A stretch of 64,000 nt of DNA, from contig OZ244065.1 of the NCBI GenBank assembly GCA_965215505.1, positions 5,568,001-5,632,000 of the forward strand. Direction: 5' to 3'. Position 1 is the stretch's first letter. The number at the start of each line of letters is the position of its first letter. The position numbers were made by a program, and so were the translations under genes. Shown here one piece after another: positions 9,455-17,593 of the stretch. This DNA comes from Capsulimonadaceae bacterium (GTDB lineage: Bacteria; Armatimonadota; Armatimonadia; Armatimonadales; Capsulimonadaceae). A model generated the notes under the pieces. That model was not told where the DNA came from. It did no database searches and saw only the letters and a program-made list of their open reading frames with translations.

Positions 9455-10345
9455 ATGGCACAAAGGCTGACACTCAACGACCTCGACCACCTCTCTACGG
9501 GCAAGCGGCTCCGCCTGCACCGACTGATGTACCAGTCCGGCCCCGGCAATGGGACCCTGCTGCTGCTGCCGATTGACCAGGGCCTGGAACACGGCCCGCG
9601 TGACTTCTTCGCGAACCCCGACTCGGCGGACCCTAACTTCCAGTTCAAGCTGGCGATTGAGGGCAAGTACTCCGGCATCGCCTTGCAGTACGGGCTGGCC
9701 GAGAAGTACATGCGGAACTATGCCGGTCACATCCCCCTCATCGTCAAGCTGAACGGCAAGACGGAAATCCCCTCCGATGCCGAGTCTTTTTCCTCGTGCC
9801 TTGCTTCTGTCGCCGATGCCGTCGCCCTTGGCGCGGACGCCGTCGGGTACACGCTGTACGTCGGCTCGCCCGCCCAGGACCGCGACTTCGCGCAGTGGGC
9901 CGAAGTCCGGCGCGAGGCGGAGCGTCTGGGCATCCCGACCATCATCTGGGCCTACCCGCGCGGCGAGGCGGTGGAAGCCAAGGGCGGCAAGGAGAGCGTC
10001 TGGGCCATAGACTATGCCGCCCGCGTGGCGACCGAAGTGGGGGCGGACGTGGTCAAGATCAACTTCCCCACCCATAGCCCCTCCGCCGGCTCGCCCAAGC
10101 CCTATGACACGATGGCGTTCAGTCCGCAGGACGCCATAGACCGGGTAGTCAAGTCGGCGGGCAAGACCCTGGTGCTGATCTCCGGCGGCGAGAAGGAGCC
10201 GGACGACGAGCTGCTGGAAAAGGCGCGGCACTCGTTCAACGCGGGCGCGACGGGCCTGATCTTCGGGCGGAACACCTGGCAGCGGCCCTATGACGACGCC
10301 CTGAAGCTGATGGGCGAGCTGCGCGAGATCGCGCTGAAGGCCTGA
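9455..10345 (+). CDS. fbaB: Class I fructose-bisphosphate aldolase (DhnA/FbaB family)
   Basis: LPIDQGLEHGP, GYTLYVGS, WAYPRG, GADVVK, GLIFGRN. Confidence 0.88.
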   Translation: MAQRLTLNDLDHLSTGKRLRLHRLMYQSGPGNGTLLLLPIDQGLEHGPRDFFANPDSADPNFQFKLAIEGKYSGIALQYGLAEKYMRNYAGHIPLIVKLNGKTEIPSDAESFSSCLASVADAVALGADAVGYTLYVGSPAQDRDFAQWAEVRREAERLGIPTIIWAYPRGEAVEAKGGKESVWAIDYAARVATEVGADVVKINFPTHSPSAGSPKPYDTMAFSPQDAIDRVVKSAGKTLVLISGGEKEPDDELLEKARHSFNAGATGLIFGRNTWQRPYDDALKLMGELREIALKA

Positions 10346-10357
10346 CGCGGCCTTGGA

Positions 10358-10390
10358 AAGCCTCGGCACCCCCGGTGCCGGGGCTTTTTT
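10358..10390 (+). terminator. Intrinsic terminator after aldolase
   Basis: AAGCCTCGGCACC-CCC-GGTGCCGGGGCTT followed by a T tract. Confidence 0.8.
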
Positions 10391-10395
10391 GGCGT

Positions 10396-10424
10396 TTGAC
10401 ATCCGCCCCGATCTGCGTTATAAT
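10396..10424 (+). promoter_or_regulatory. Consensus sigma70 promoter for the LCP-GT4 operon
   Basis: TTGACA (10396-10401) - 17 bp - TATAAT (10419-10424). Confidence 0.85.
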
Positions 10425-10502
10425 CTGTTAGCCCTCCTACCGGCCACTTCATATCATCATTCTCATCATAAACATCCATCCGACCGGAGATCACACGCCG
10501 AC

Positions 10503-11555
10503 ATGACTCAACCCCCACGCCGCCCCGTCAAGCCCCGACGGTCCGCCCGCCGCTCGCCCGCCCAGAAGGCCGGGAAGCTTTTCGGCGTTCTCACCCTCCT
10601 GACCCTAACCGCCGCCTCCGTCTACGGCGGCTATCTTTACCGCACCACCGGCTGGATGCCCAAGTACCTCCCCGGCATCCTGCACCCGAAGACCGTCGCC
10701 GACGTTTTCCCGCACCAGCAGGCGCTCAACCTGATGGTGATCGGGCGTGACCGCGACTACGACGACCGCACGGATCAGGTCCTCAAGACCCGCGCCCGGT
10801 CGGACATGCTGATGGTCGCCCACCTGGACTTCGACAAGAAGACCGTCGCGCTGCTTTCCATCCCGCGCGACACGCGCGCCCATATCCCCGGCTACGGCGG
10901 CGTGACCAAGATCAACGCCGCCCACCAGAAGGGCGGCCCGCGCCTGTCCGAGCAGACGGTTCAGGAGAACTTTGGCATCCCGAGCGACAAATACATCGCG
11001 CTGGACTTCGACGGGTTCGAGCAGGCCATCGACATCCTGGGCGGCGTGGACCTCGCCGTGGACAAGAAGATGGACTACGACGACAACTGGGGGCACCTGC
11101 ACATCCACCTGAAGCCGGGGATGCAGCACCTGGACGGGAAGCAGGCGATGGGCTTCGTGCGTTTCCGCCACTCCGACAGCGACCTCGTCCGCACCCGCCG
11201 CCAGCAGGCCCTCATCGCCGCCCTGAAGACGAAGCTGCGCGAGCCGTCGGCGCTGGCGAAGATCGGGCCGCTCCTGGACACCATAGACCGGCATGTGGAC
11301 AGCGACCTGACCACGGACCAGAAGGTCGCGGTCGCACGGTTCGTCCACGACACGCCGCGCGAGCAGGTCCGCATGGACACGCTGCCCTCGCGGCCCGTCG
11401 GCAACGACGTGGCGACGGACTGGCCGCACGCCGCCCCCATGATCCGTCGCATCTTCGGCGTCGCGCCCAGCCAGGTGGTCGCCGACGCAGCCGGGAGCGG
11501 GCATCGCAAGCGCCACCGCCGCCGCCATGCCGTCCGGGTGGCCGCCCTCCCGTGA
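10503..11555 (+). CDS. LCP (LytR-CpsA-Psr) family protein
   Basis: TM anchor; RSDMLM, SIPRDT, KINAA, FVRFRH, DLVRTRRQQ; start placed at MTQPP downstream of the promoter. Confidence 0.92.
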   Translation: MTQPPRRPVKPRRSARRSPAQKAGKLFGVLTLLTLTAASVYGGYLYRTTGWMPKYLPGILHPKTVADVFPHQQALNLMVIGRDRDYDDRTDQVLKTRARSDMLMVAHLDFDKKTVALLSIPRDTRAHIPGYGGVTKINAAHQKGGPRLSEQTVQENFGIPSDKYIALDFDGFEQAIDILGGVDLAVDKKMDYDDNWGHLHIHLKPGMQHLDGKQAMGFVRFRHSDSDLVRTRRQQALIAALKTKLREPSALAKIGPLLDTIDRHVDSDLTTDQKVAVARFVHDTPREQVRMDTLPSRPVGNDVATDWPHAAPMIRRIFGVAPSQVVADAAGSGHRKRHRRRHAVRVAALP

Positions 11556-12637
11556 CCAGCCCCGTCCGCGTCCTGGAGGTCGTCCGCCCCGCCCAAGGCG
11601 GCATCCGCCAGCACGTCCTCAATCTGGTGGACGGGATGGACCCCGCCCTGGTCACACTCTCGGTGGCCGCCCCGCCCGCGTTCGTGCGCGAGGTGCTGGC
11701 CCATCCGGGCCTGCACGCGACAATCCCGCTGGACATCGCCGCCCGGCTGTCGGTCGCCCGTGACCTTCTGGCCGCGCGGCGGCTCGCCCGCGTCCTGCCG
11801 CAGTTCGCCGAGGTCGTCCACGCCCACGGCGCGCGGGCGGCCTGGGTGGCGGCACTCGCCCACCGGCACCGCCCGTTCCCGCTGGTCTTCACCGCCCACA
11901 ACCTGATCGGGCGCGACCTGCCCTCGCGCCTGGGCATTCCCTTCATCGGCTTCCACTGTACGCGCGTCCTCGCCGTCTCCCCCTCGGTCGCCGACAGCCT
12001 CGCCGCCTGCGGCGTGCCGCGCGCCAAGATCGAGGTCATCCCGAACGGCATTGACCTGGGCCACTTCGAGACGCCGGTGGCGGACCGAGCCGCCGCCCGC
12101 AAGACGCTGGCCGCACCCGAAAACGCCTTCGTGGTCGCCGCCGCCGCCCGGCTTTCCCGCGAGAAGGGCCTGGACATCCTCCTTTCCGCCGCAGGCCAGC
12201 GCGCCGGGATGACGTTCCTCATTGCCGGTGACGGCCCGCTGAAATCCGCGCTCGCCCACAAACTGCCGTCCAACGCCAAACTGCTGGGCCGCCTGGCCGA
12301 CGTGCGCCCCCTGCTGGCCGCCGCCGACGTCTTCGCCGTGCCCTCCCGCCGCGAAGGGCAGGGGATGGCCGCGCTGGAGGCGATGGCCGCCGGTGTCCCG
12401 CTCGTCGCCGCCCGCGTCGGCGGCCTGGCCGACATGCTGGCCGACGGCGAGACGGCCCTTCTGGTCCCTCCTGACGACCCGGACGCCCTGGCCGCCGCCC
12501 TCAGCCGCCTCCAGAGCGACACCCGCCTGCGCCAGAAGTTGGTCGTGAACGCCCGCGCCCTCGTCCGCGAGCGCTACAACCTGCGCGCGATGCTTGATGC
12601 AGTGGCGGAGGTCTACCAGGAAGTGGCATCAGGCTAA
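11552..12637 (+). CDS. Glycosyltransferase family 4
   Basis: GGIRQH, HAHG, IPNGID, PSRREGQGMAALEAMAAG. Confidence 0.92.
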   Translation: MTSPVRVLEVVRPAQGGIRQHVLNLVDGMDPALVTLSVAAPPAFVREVLAHPGLHATIPLDIAARLSVARDLLAARRLARVLPQFAEVVHAHGARAAWVAALAHRHRPFPLVFTAHNLIGRDLPSRLGIPFIGFHCTRVLAVSPSVADSLAACGVPRAKIEVIPNGIDLGHFETPVADRAAARKTLAAPENAFVVAAAARLSREKGLDILLSAAGQRAGMTFLIAGDGPLKSALAHKLPSNAKLLGRLADVRPLLAAADVFAVPSRREGQGMAALEAMAAGVPLVAARVGGLADMLADGETALLVPPDDPDALAAALSRLQSDTRLRQKLVVNARALVRERYNLRAMLDAVAEVYQEVASG

Positions 12638-13064
12638 TTGTGATCTAGTTTCGGTCATGAGGTGACCATTTCTAAGATGTTCGAGTTTTTACGTCGGTTG
12701 TTTAGCAGAAAAGCCATCCTAACTTTGACGCGCATCAGGCCGGTTGGAGATGCGCTCGATGTTATGCCAGGACAGTTCGGCCAATCCATGCGAACCGCTG
12801 TCTCAGCCATAAACCTAGTTCATCAAGACGGGCAATTGCCTGTAATCCCGGTCACACGCGACTTCTTTCGTGATCGGCATGGACAATTCTCTGTCCGTTC
12901 GGGAACGATCTCTGTCCAGATCAACTTAGTAGGGCCCCATCCCGAATTCACCACTGTGCATGAGATTGGACACTTCCTAGACCACAGCGGCTTGGGTATG
13001 ACCTTTCCCCCAAAAACTGTACCATTCGCAAGGTGAGTATTGACCCGAAAGGTAGAATACTCGA

Positions 13065-13331
13065 ATGCAGAAGAGCCAGTTCACCGACGCGCAGATCGTC
13101 GCCATCTTGCAGCAGGCCGAGAAGGGCGAACAGACTATCGCCGAAGTCTGCCGCCAGCACAACGTCTCCGAGAACAGCTTCTACCGCTGGCGCTCGCGCT
13201 TCGGCAGTGCGACCGTCAATGAAGCCGCCCGCCTGCGCGAGCTGGAAAAAGAGAACGCCCGCCTCAAGCGCCTGCTCGCCGAGCGCGACCTGGAGGTCGA
13301 CATCATCAAGGAGATCCTGCAAAAAAAGTAG
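13065..13331 (+). CDS. IS3 transposase OrfA (HTH)
   Basis: FTDAQIVAIL, VCRQHNVSENSFYRWR, LRELEKENARLKRL; ends CAA AAA AAG TAG. Confidence 0.95.
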   Translation: MQKSQFTDAQIVAILQQAEKGEQTIAEVCRQHNVSENSFYRWRSRFGSATVNEAARLRELEKENARLKRLLAERDLEVDIIKEILQKK

Positions 13332-14188
13332 CCGAGGCCGCCGACCCGCTGGCCGAGGGGCGCGCGGTGGTCTCGCAGGCGGTGGAGCGCGGCCTCTCAC
13401 AGCGCCAAGCCTGCCGCCTGGCGAAAATCTCGCGTTCCAGCGCCCGCTACCAGGCGCACCCGCGTGACGACCAGCCGCTCCGGGAGCAGCTTGAGCGGAT
13501 CAAGCGGAAGCACCCGCGCTTCGGCATCCCGCGCGCCCACGCGCTCTTGCGGGCGGGCGGCCACCTCGTCAACCGCAAGCGCGTGGAGCGCGTCTGGCGA
13601 AAGAGCGGCCTGCAAGTGCCGCAGTGCCCGAAGAAGCGCAAGGTCAGGGCGGGGCGGCGCGTGCCCTGCCAGGCGGAGCACCCCGACCACGTCTGGAGCT
13701 ACGACTTCCAGGAGGACGGGCTGCTCTCTGGTCGCAAGATCCGCCTGCTGAACATCCTGGACGAGTTCACGCGCGAGTGGCTGTCCGTGACGGTGGGCGT
13801 GTCCCTGACCAGCGGGGCAGTGCTTGCCGCCTTGAAGCCGTTGTTCGCTGTGCGCGGCGTCCCGCGCTTCGTCCGCAGCGACAACGGTCCCGAGTTCATC
13901 GCGGGCGAGGTCCAGAGCCTGCTTTCGAGCAGCGGCTCCGCGCCGCACTACATCGACCCTGGCTGCCCGTGGCAGAACGGGTTCCAGGAGAGCTTCCACG
14001 GCAAACTGCGCGACGAGTTGCTTGACCGCGAGGTCTTCGCCTCGGTTCAGGACGCCCAGGTGCGGCTGGGAGCGCATCGGCTCTGGTACAATGAGGAGCG
14101 TCCGCACAGCAGCCTGAAGTATGTGCCGCCCGCCGCGTATGCGCGGGCCTGGCAACGGGAGCAGGCGGAAAAGAAGCCGCCCGGCTAG
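13322..14188 (+). CDS. IS3 transposase OrfB (DDE), joined to OrfA by -1 frameshift at A-AAA-AAG (13322-13328)
   Basis: WSYDF, DEFTRE, RSDNGPEF, PWQNGFQESFHG, YNEERPHSSL; OrfB frame is -1 relative to OrfA and open back to the slippery site. Confidence 0.93.
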   Translation, partial: KKVAEAADPLAEGRAVVSQAVERGLSQRQACRLAKISRSSARYQAHPRDDQPLREQLERIKRKHPRFGIPRAHALLRAGGHLVNRKRVERVWRKSGLQVPQCPKKRKVRAGRRVPCQAEHPDHVWSYDFQEDGLLSGRKIRLLNILDEFTREWLSVTVGVSLTSGAVLAALKPLFAVRGVPRFVRSDNGPEFIAGEVQSLLSSSGSAPHYIDPGCPWQNGFQESFHGKLRDELLDREVFASVQDAQVRLGAHRLWYNEERPHSSLKYVPPAAYARAWQREQAEKKPPG

Positions 14189-14634
14189 ACAACAGAAGCG
14201 CTCACTCTGCCCGTGGTACATAAAACGGGGGAAACGTCAGGTAGACCAGGCGAGTGGGCTTCGGAGACGCCTGGTGTACTCGATCAATGGCGTGATGCTG
14301 TCAGAGGCACTTGGGGCATCCAGCGCCTCTTGCCTCTACTTCAAACAGGTGTAGATCGGACGAGTGAGATGTTACCGGATGGAACTGTGGTAGAATATGA
14401 AGTAGACCAAGTCTATCTGCATTACCTGCTTGAGCCACGCGAGTTATGGGCACGCTGTTATGCACAATTCATCGCTGTACAAAGCGGCGACCCCGACTTA
14501 TCGCTTCAGCTAAATAGCCTCCGAGACAGGCCTGTGCGGACTTTTTATTATGGTGAGCAATGGGATGAGGATGATTTTCGCCCCATCCAGTCGAGTATCG
14601 AGGTCGCTTTCCGTTCTTTCAAGTGGATGTAAAA

Positions 14635-14880
14635 ATGAAAAAAAGAACACTGCTTGGCAACCTGCTCCCACCTGCCCCAACGGCGTGGCCTTCGTTGGAG
14701 GACGAAGAAACCCAAAGACAAGTAGATAGGCTTACCCGTGAACTAGCCGGTCGTGAAATAGACGCCCGATTTCGGGAAGCACTCCGGCGCGGCGAGACAC
14801 AAGGAGACGTTGTCATTTTAGACGAACACGGCAATGAGATAAAGGACGCGCTCTCCAGGAAGACTATTTTTGACTTTTAA
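14635..14880 (+). CDS. Small hypothetical protein
   Basis: ATG 2 nt after the zincin stop; followed by a terminator. Confidence 0.55.
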   Translation: MKKRTLLGNLLPPAPTAWPSLEDEETQRQVDRLTRELAGREIDARFREALRRGETQGDVVILDEHGNEIKDALSRKTIFDF

Positions 14881-14898
14881 TGCCGAAGACATTGTCTG

Positions 14899-14934
14899 AA
14901 GGCCGCCACTCAGAACCGGGTGGCGGCCTTATTT
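14899..14934 (+). terminator. Intrinsic terminator
   Basis: AAGGCCGCCAC...GTGGCGGCCTT-ATTT. Confidence 0.7.
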
Positions 14935-14966
14935 CGTGCTTGGTTAAAGACAGGAAACACGGCTAT

Positions 14967-15671
14967 ATGTATGAGGAGTATGGTGCAATCGTGTATTGGC
15001 AACCCAGGGAGAAGTGTTGGATTGCCGAAACATCCGGAATGGAGATTTGCCGAGGGTATGGAGAGAGCAGGCTAGAGGCTTTAGAATCTCTTGAAGCCGA
15101 AGTCCGCCGATGGGAAGCAACACGACAATCAATTAGTCTATCTCAACTAGGGGACCCGCAACAGGAGATGGACTTTGGCATCGCTCAGGAAGAACCAGCC
15201 AAAGTCGTTTCACCCAGAATAGCAAAAAGCATGCCCCCACTCTTTGCCACACTTGTTAGGTTGTGGGAGAAGTTACCAGAAAATCAGCAGAAAATACTAT
15301 TAGAATTACGTCAGAAATCGGGTGGGTACAACGTCAGGGTTGATGAGGAAGGCACTATCTTTCTCGCTGGTGAAGTAGACCTTATCACCTCTCCCAGGCT
15401 TGAGACGACAATTAATGCTCTCATAGATGCAGGTGTCGTTGATATCATCGTAGACCTGGCAGACGTGAGCTATATGGACGCTTCTGGCCTCGGGGTGTTG
15501 GTAAAGTCCGTGAGGCATCTTCGGGCGTCATGTGGAGCAAGCGCAGGAGTTATTCTTACAGCACCGAATGCAACCATCCTGCGACTTCTGCGGCTGACAC
15601 GTCTCGACACAATACTAGACGTTTATGACACGATTGAGGAAGCTAAAATCGCTCTTTCGTCACAGCGATAA
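14967..15671 (+). CDS. HicB-like N-terminal domain fused to STAS anti-sigma-factor antagonist
   Basis: YGAIVYW..EKCWIAET...CRGYGESRLEALESL; LAGEVDLITSPRL, VDLADVSYMDASGLGVL; start placed after the terminator. Confidence 0.78.
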   Translation: MYEEYGAIVYWQPREKCWIAETSGMEICRGYGESRLEALESLEAEVRRWEATRQSISLSQLGDPQQEMDFGIAQEEPAKVVSPRIAKSMPPLFATLVRLWEKLPENQQKILLELRQKSGGYNVRVDEEGTIFLAGEVDLITSPRLETTINALIDAGVVDIIVDLADVSYMDASGLGVLVKSVRHLRASCGASAGVILTAPNATILRLLRLTRLDTILDVYDTIEEAKIALSSQR

Positions 15672-15775
15672 AGCATGGTATTCAAGTTTCACATTTCGAT
15701 GTTTGCCTTGTCTTATCCCTAAGTGATGCCTCTCCTGGTCTGCGAGTACAATTATTTCCCACATGAGGTTGACCG

Positions 15776-16228
15776 ATGATTACATCCACCCAGCAACTCG
15801 CCGACCTACTGCTCGCCCGTGACCCGCTGCCGCCGCTGGTCCCGGTCCAAGTCTTTGACGCCTCGCTGACGCCGCAGATCGAGGAGGCCGCCGCGCCCGA
15901 CATGGTGAAGATCGGGCTGCACCTGCTCAACGATGACCTCGACGCCGCCCACGCGCTGTCCCAGAAGCACGAGAGCGAGCCGCTGGCCGACTACTGGCAT
16001 GCGATCATCCACCGCCGCGAGGGCGACTATGGCAACAGCCGCTACTGGTTCGGGCGGGTGGGGCGGTCGCCGCTGCTGGCCGAGGTCTACGGCCCGGACC
16101 CCGCCTCGCCGGCGGCGTTTGCCGAGCGATGCCGCGCCGTGGGGCGCGGGCGGGACGCCGACTTGGAGCGGTCCCAGCGGGACGAGATGGCACGCCTCTT
16201 AGCCTACGCCCAGGACCAATCCGCATGA
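15776..16228 (+). CDS. Conserved-looking hypothetical helical protein
   Basis: LDAAHALSQ, YWHAIIHRREGDYGNSRYWF; SD GAGGT. Confidence 0.8.
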   Translation: MITSTQQLADLLLARDPLPPLVPVQVFDASLTPQIEEAAAPDMVKIGLHLLNDDLDAAHALSQKHESEPLADYWHAIIHRREGDYGNSRYWFGRVGRSPLLAEVYGPDPASPAAFAERCRAVGRGRDADLERSQRDEMARLLAYAQDQSA

Positions 16229-16232
16229 ACGC

Positions 16233-16302
16233 TTGATTTTGCCGCCGATTCCCTCTATAATGATTTAGCACACCCAATCTCCCAGCGTTCAGCGCTAAGT
16301 CA
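16233..16302 (+). promoter_or_regulatory. Sigma70-like promoter with overlapping inverted repeat
   Basis: TTGATT (16233) - 17 bp - TATAAT (16256-16261); TGATTTAGC (16261-16269) ... GCTAAGTCA (16294-16302). Confidence 0.6.
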
Positions 16303-16317
16303 AAGTGAACCCACGCC

Positions 16318-17163
16318 ATGTATGAAGAGTTTTACGGCCTGCGCGAGACGCCGTTCTCCGTCCAGCCCGACCCGCGCTACGCCTTCCCGAGCGTCGAGCA
16401 TAAAGTCTCCATCGCCAAGATGCGCTACGCCGTGGACCAGAAGCGCGGCCTCGCCGTGCTGACCGGGCCGGTCGGGTCGGGCAAGACGACCATTGCGAAC
16501 GGCCTCCAGATGACGTGGGACGACGATCCGACCAAGACGGTCGCCTTCCTGCCCGGTGCGCCGGTGCGGACGCCGGGCCAGTTCCTCCGGCTCATCCTGG
16601 AAGCCTTCGGGACGCCCGCCCTGCGGACCGAGGCGCAGAACCGCCAGGCGCTGGAGCGCTTCCTGCTGGACGAGTACCAGGCGGGCCGCCATCCCGTGCT
16701 TCTTCTGGACGAAGGCCAGAACGTCGCCTCGCGCGTCATTGACGCCATCTCCGACCTGACCAACTTCCAGACCTCGCAGACAAAGCTGATCACGGTCGTC
16801 ATGCTCGCCCAGGACAACCTGCCCAAGAAGCTGGAGCGGCACGACGCCTTCCGGTCGCGCATCGCCGTCGTGGGCCGGCTGGACCCGCTGGACCTGGAGG
16901 AGATGACCGAGATGATCGCCTACCGGATCACGACGGCGGGCGGCGGCGCGATCGACACCTACTTTGAAACCCAGGCGCTGGCCGACGTCCACGCCATCAC
17001 GCGCGGCGTCCCGCGCGACGTCTGCGTGCTGTGCGACGCCCTGTTCGTCAACGGCTACGTCCGCGACCAGCGGATGATGACGACCGCGCTCGTGGCCCGG
17101 ACTTTGAACGAGATGAGCCGCGAGAAGAAGTGGCCGGTCCAGCTCAAGAACATGACGAAGTAG
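16318..17163 (+). CDS. ExeA/GspA-like AAA ATPase (ATPase domain only)
   Basis: MYEEFYGLRETPFSVQPDP, GPVGSGKTT, LLLDEGQ, TRGVPRDV. Confidence 0.92.
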   Translation: MYEEFYGLRETPFSVQPDPRYAFPSVEHKVSIAKMRYAVDQKRGLAVLTGPVGSGKTTIANGLQMTWDDDPTKTVAFLPGAPVRTPGQFLRLILEAFGTPALRTEAQNRQALERFLLDEYQAGRHPVLLLDEGQNVASRVIDAISDLTNFQTSQTKLITVVMLAQDNLPKKLERHDAFRSRIAVVGRLDPLDLEEMTEMIAYRITTAGGGAIDTYFETQALADVHAITRGVPRDVCVLCDALFVNGYVRDQRMMTTALVARTLNEMSREKKWPVQLKNMTK

Positions 17164-17194
17164 CACGGACAAGCAGAACGAGGAGATCCCGCCC

Positions 17195-17593
17195 ATGACC
17201 ACGCTCGCCGAGCTGCGCCTCGCCAACCTGCGCGAACAGAAGAAGTCCGCCCAGGAGCCTGCCGAGGCCGCCCCAGAACCCGCCCAGCCAATCGTTCCCG
17301 CCCCGCCCGCGCGTGAGGACGACCTGGTCCTCGCCCAGTACCTCACCGACTCGGAGCCGCCCGCCGAGATGCCCGCCGACCCCGAGGCCGAGAAGAGCGC
17401 CGCCCTGATCGCCCGCGTCCACCAGACGTTGGCCCACCGGACGATGCACCCGACCGGGGCGAAGGCCACCGTGGACATGTCGCCCGCGCTCTTCCACCGC
17501 GCCAAGCGCTACTGCCTGGACCACGGCAACGTCACCCTGCGCCAGCTTTTCCTGGACCTGATGACGGCGTTTCTGGATGAGGAAGGATACTAA
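17195..17593 (+). CDS. Small protein with disordered N-terminus and C-terminal ribbon-helix-helix-like domain
   Basis: KATVDMSPALFHRAKRYCLDHGNVTLRQLFLDLMTAFL; SD GAGGAG. Confidence 0.7.
   Translation: MTTLAELRLANLREQKKSAQEPAEAAPEPAQPIVPAPPAREDDLVLAQYLTDSEPPAEMPADPEAEKSAALIARVHQTLAHRTMHPTGAKATVDMSPALFHRAKRYCLDHGNVTLRQLFLDLMTAFLDEEGY

Larger units (their letters stand above)
12999..14239 (+). mobile_element. Complete IS3-family insertion sequence, 1241 bp (4-bp DR, IS407-group-like)
   Basis: Ends TG...CA; left TGACCTTTCCCCCAAAAACTGTACCA vs right reverse complement TGACGTTTCCCCCGTTTTATGTACCA; GGTA duplicated at 12995-12998 and 14240-14243. Confidence 0.96.
12662..14632 (+). pseudogene. HExxH zincin-like metalloprotease gene interrupted by an IS3 element
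   Basis: Removing the IS and one GGTA copy joins HEIGHFLDHSGLG to RPGEWASE...ELWARCYAQF in frame (241 aa). Confidence 0.85.

Noticed and set aside
16265-16298. TTAGCAC...GCGCTAA as a CIRCE element
   Set aside because: Spacer is 16 nt rather than 9, arms deviate from TTAGCACTC/GAGTGCTAA, and downstream genes are not chaperones
16318-17163. ATPase as TnsC/MuB of a transposon or as part of a type II secretion locus
   Set aside because: No adjacent DDE transposase, TniQ or gsp genes; the N-terminal YGL..PF..PDP motif is ExeA-type
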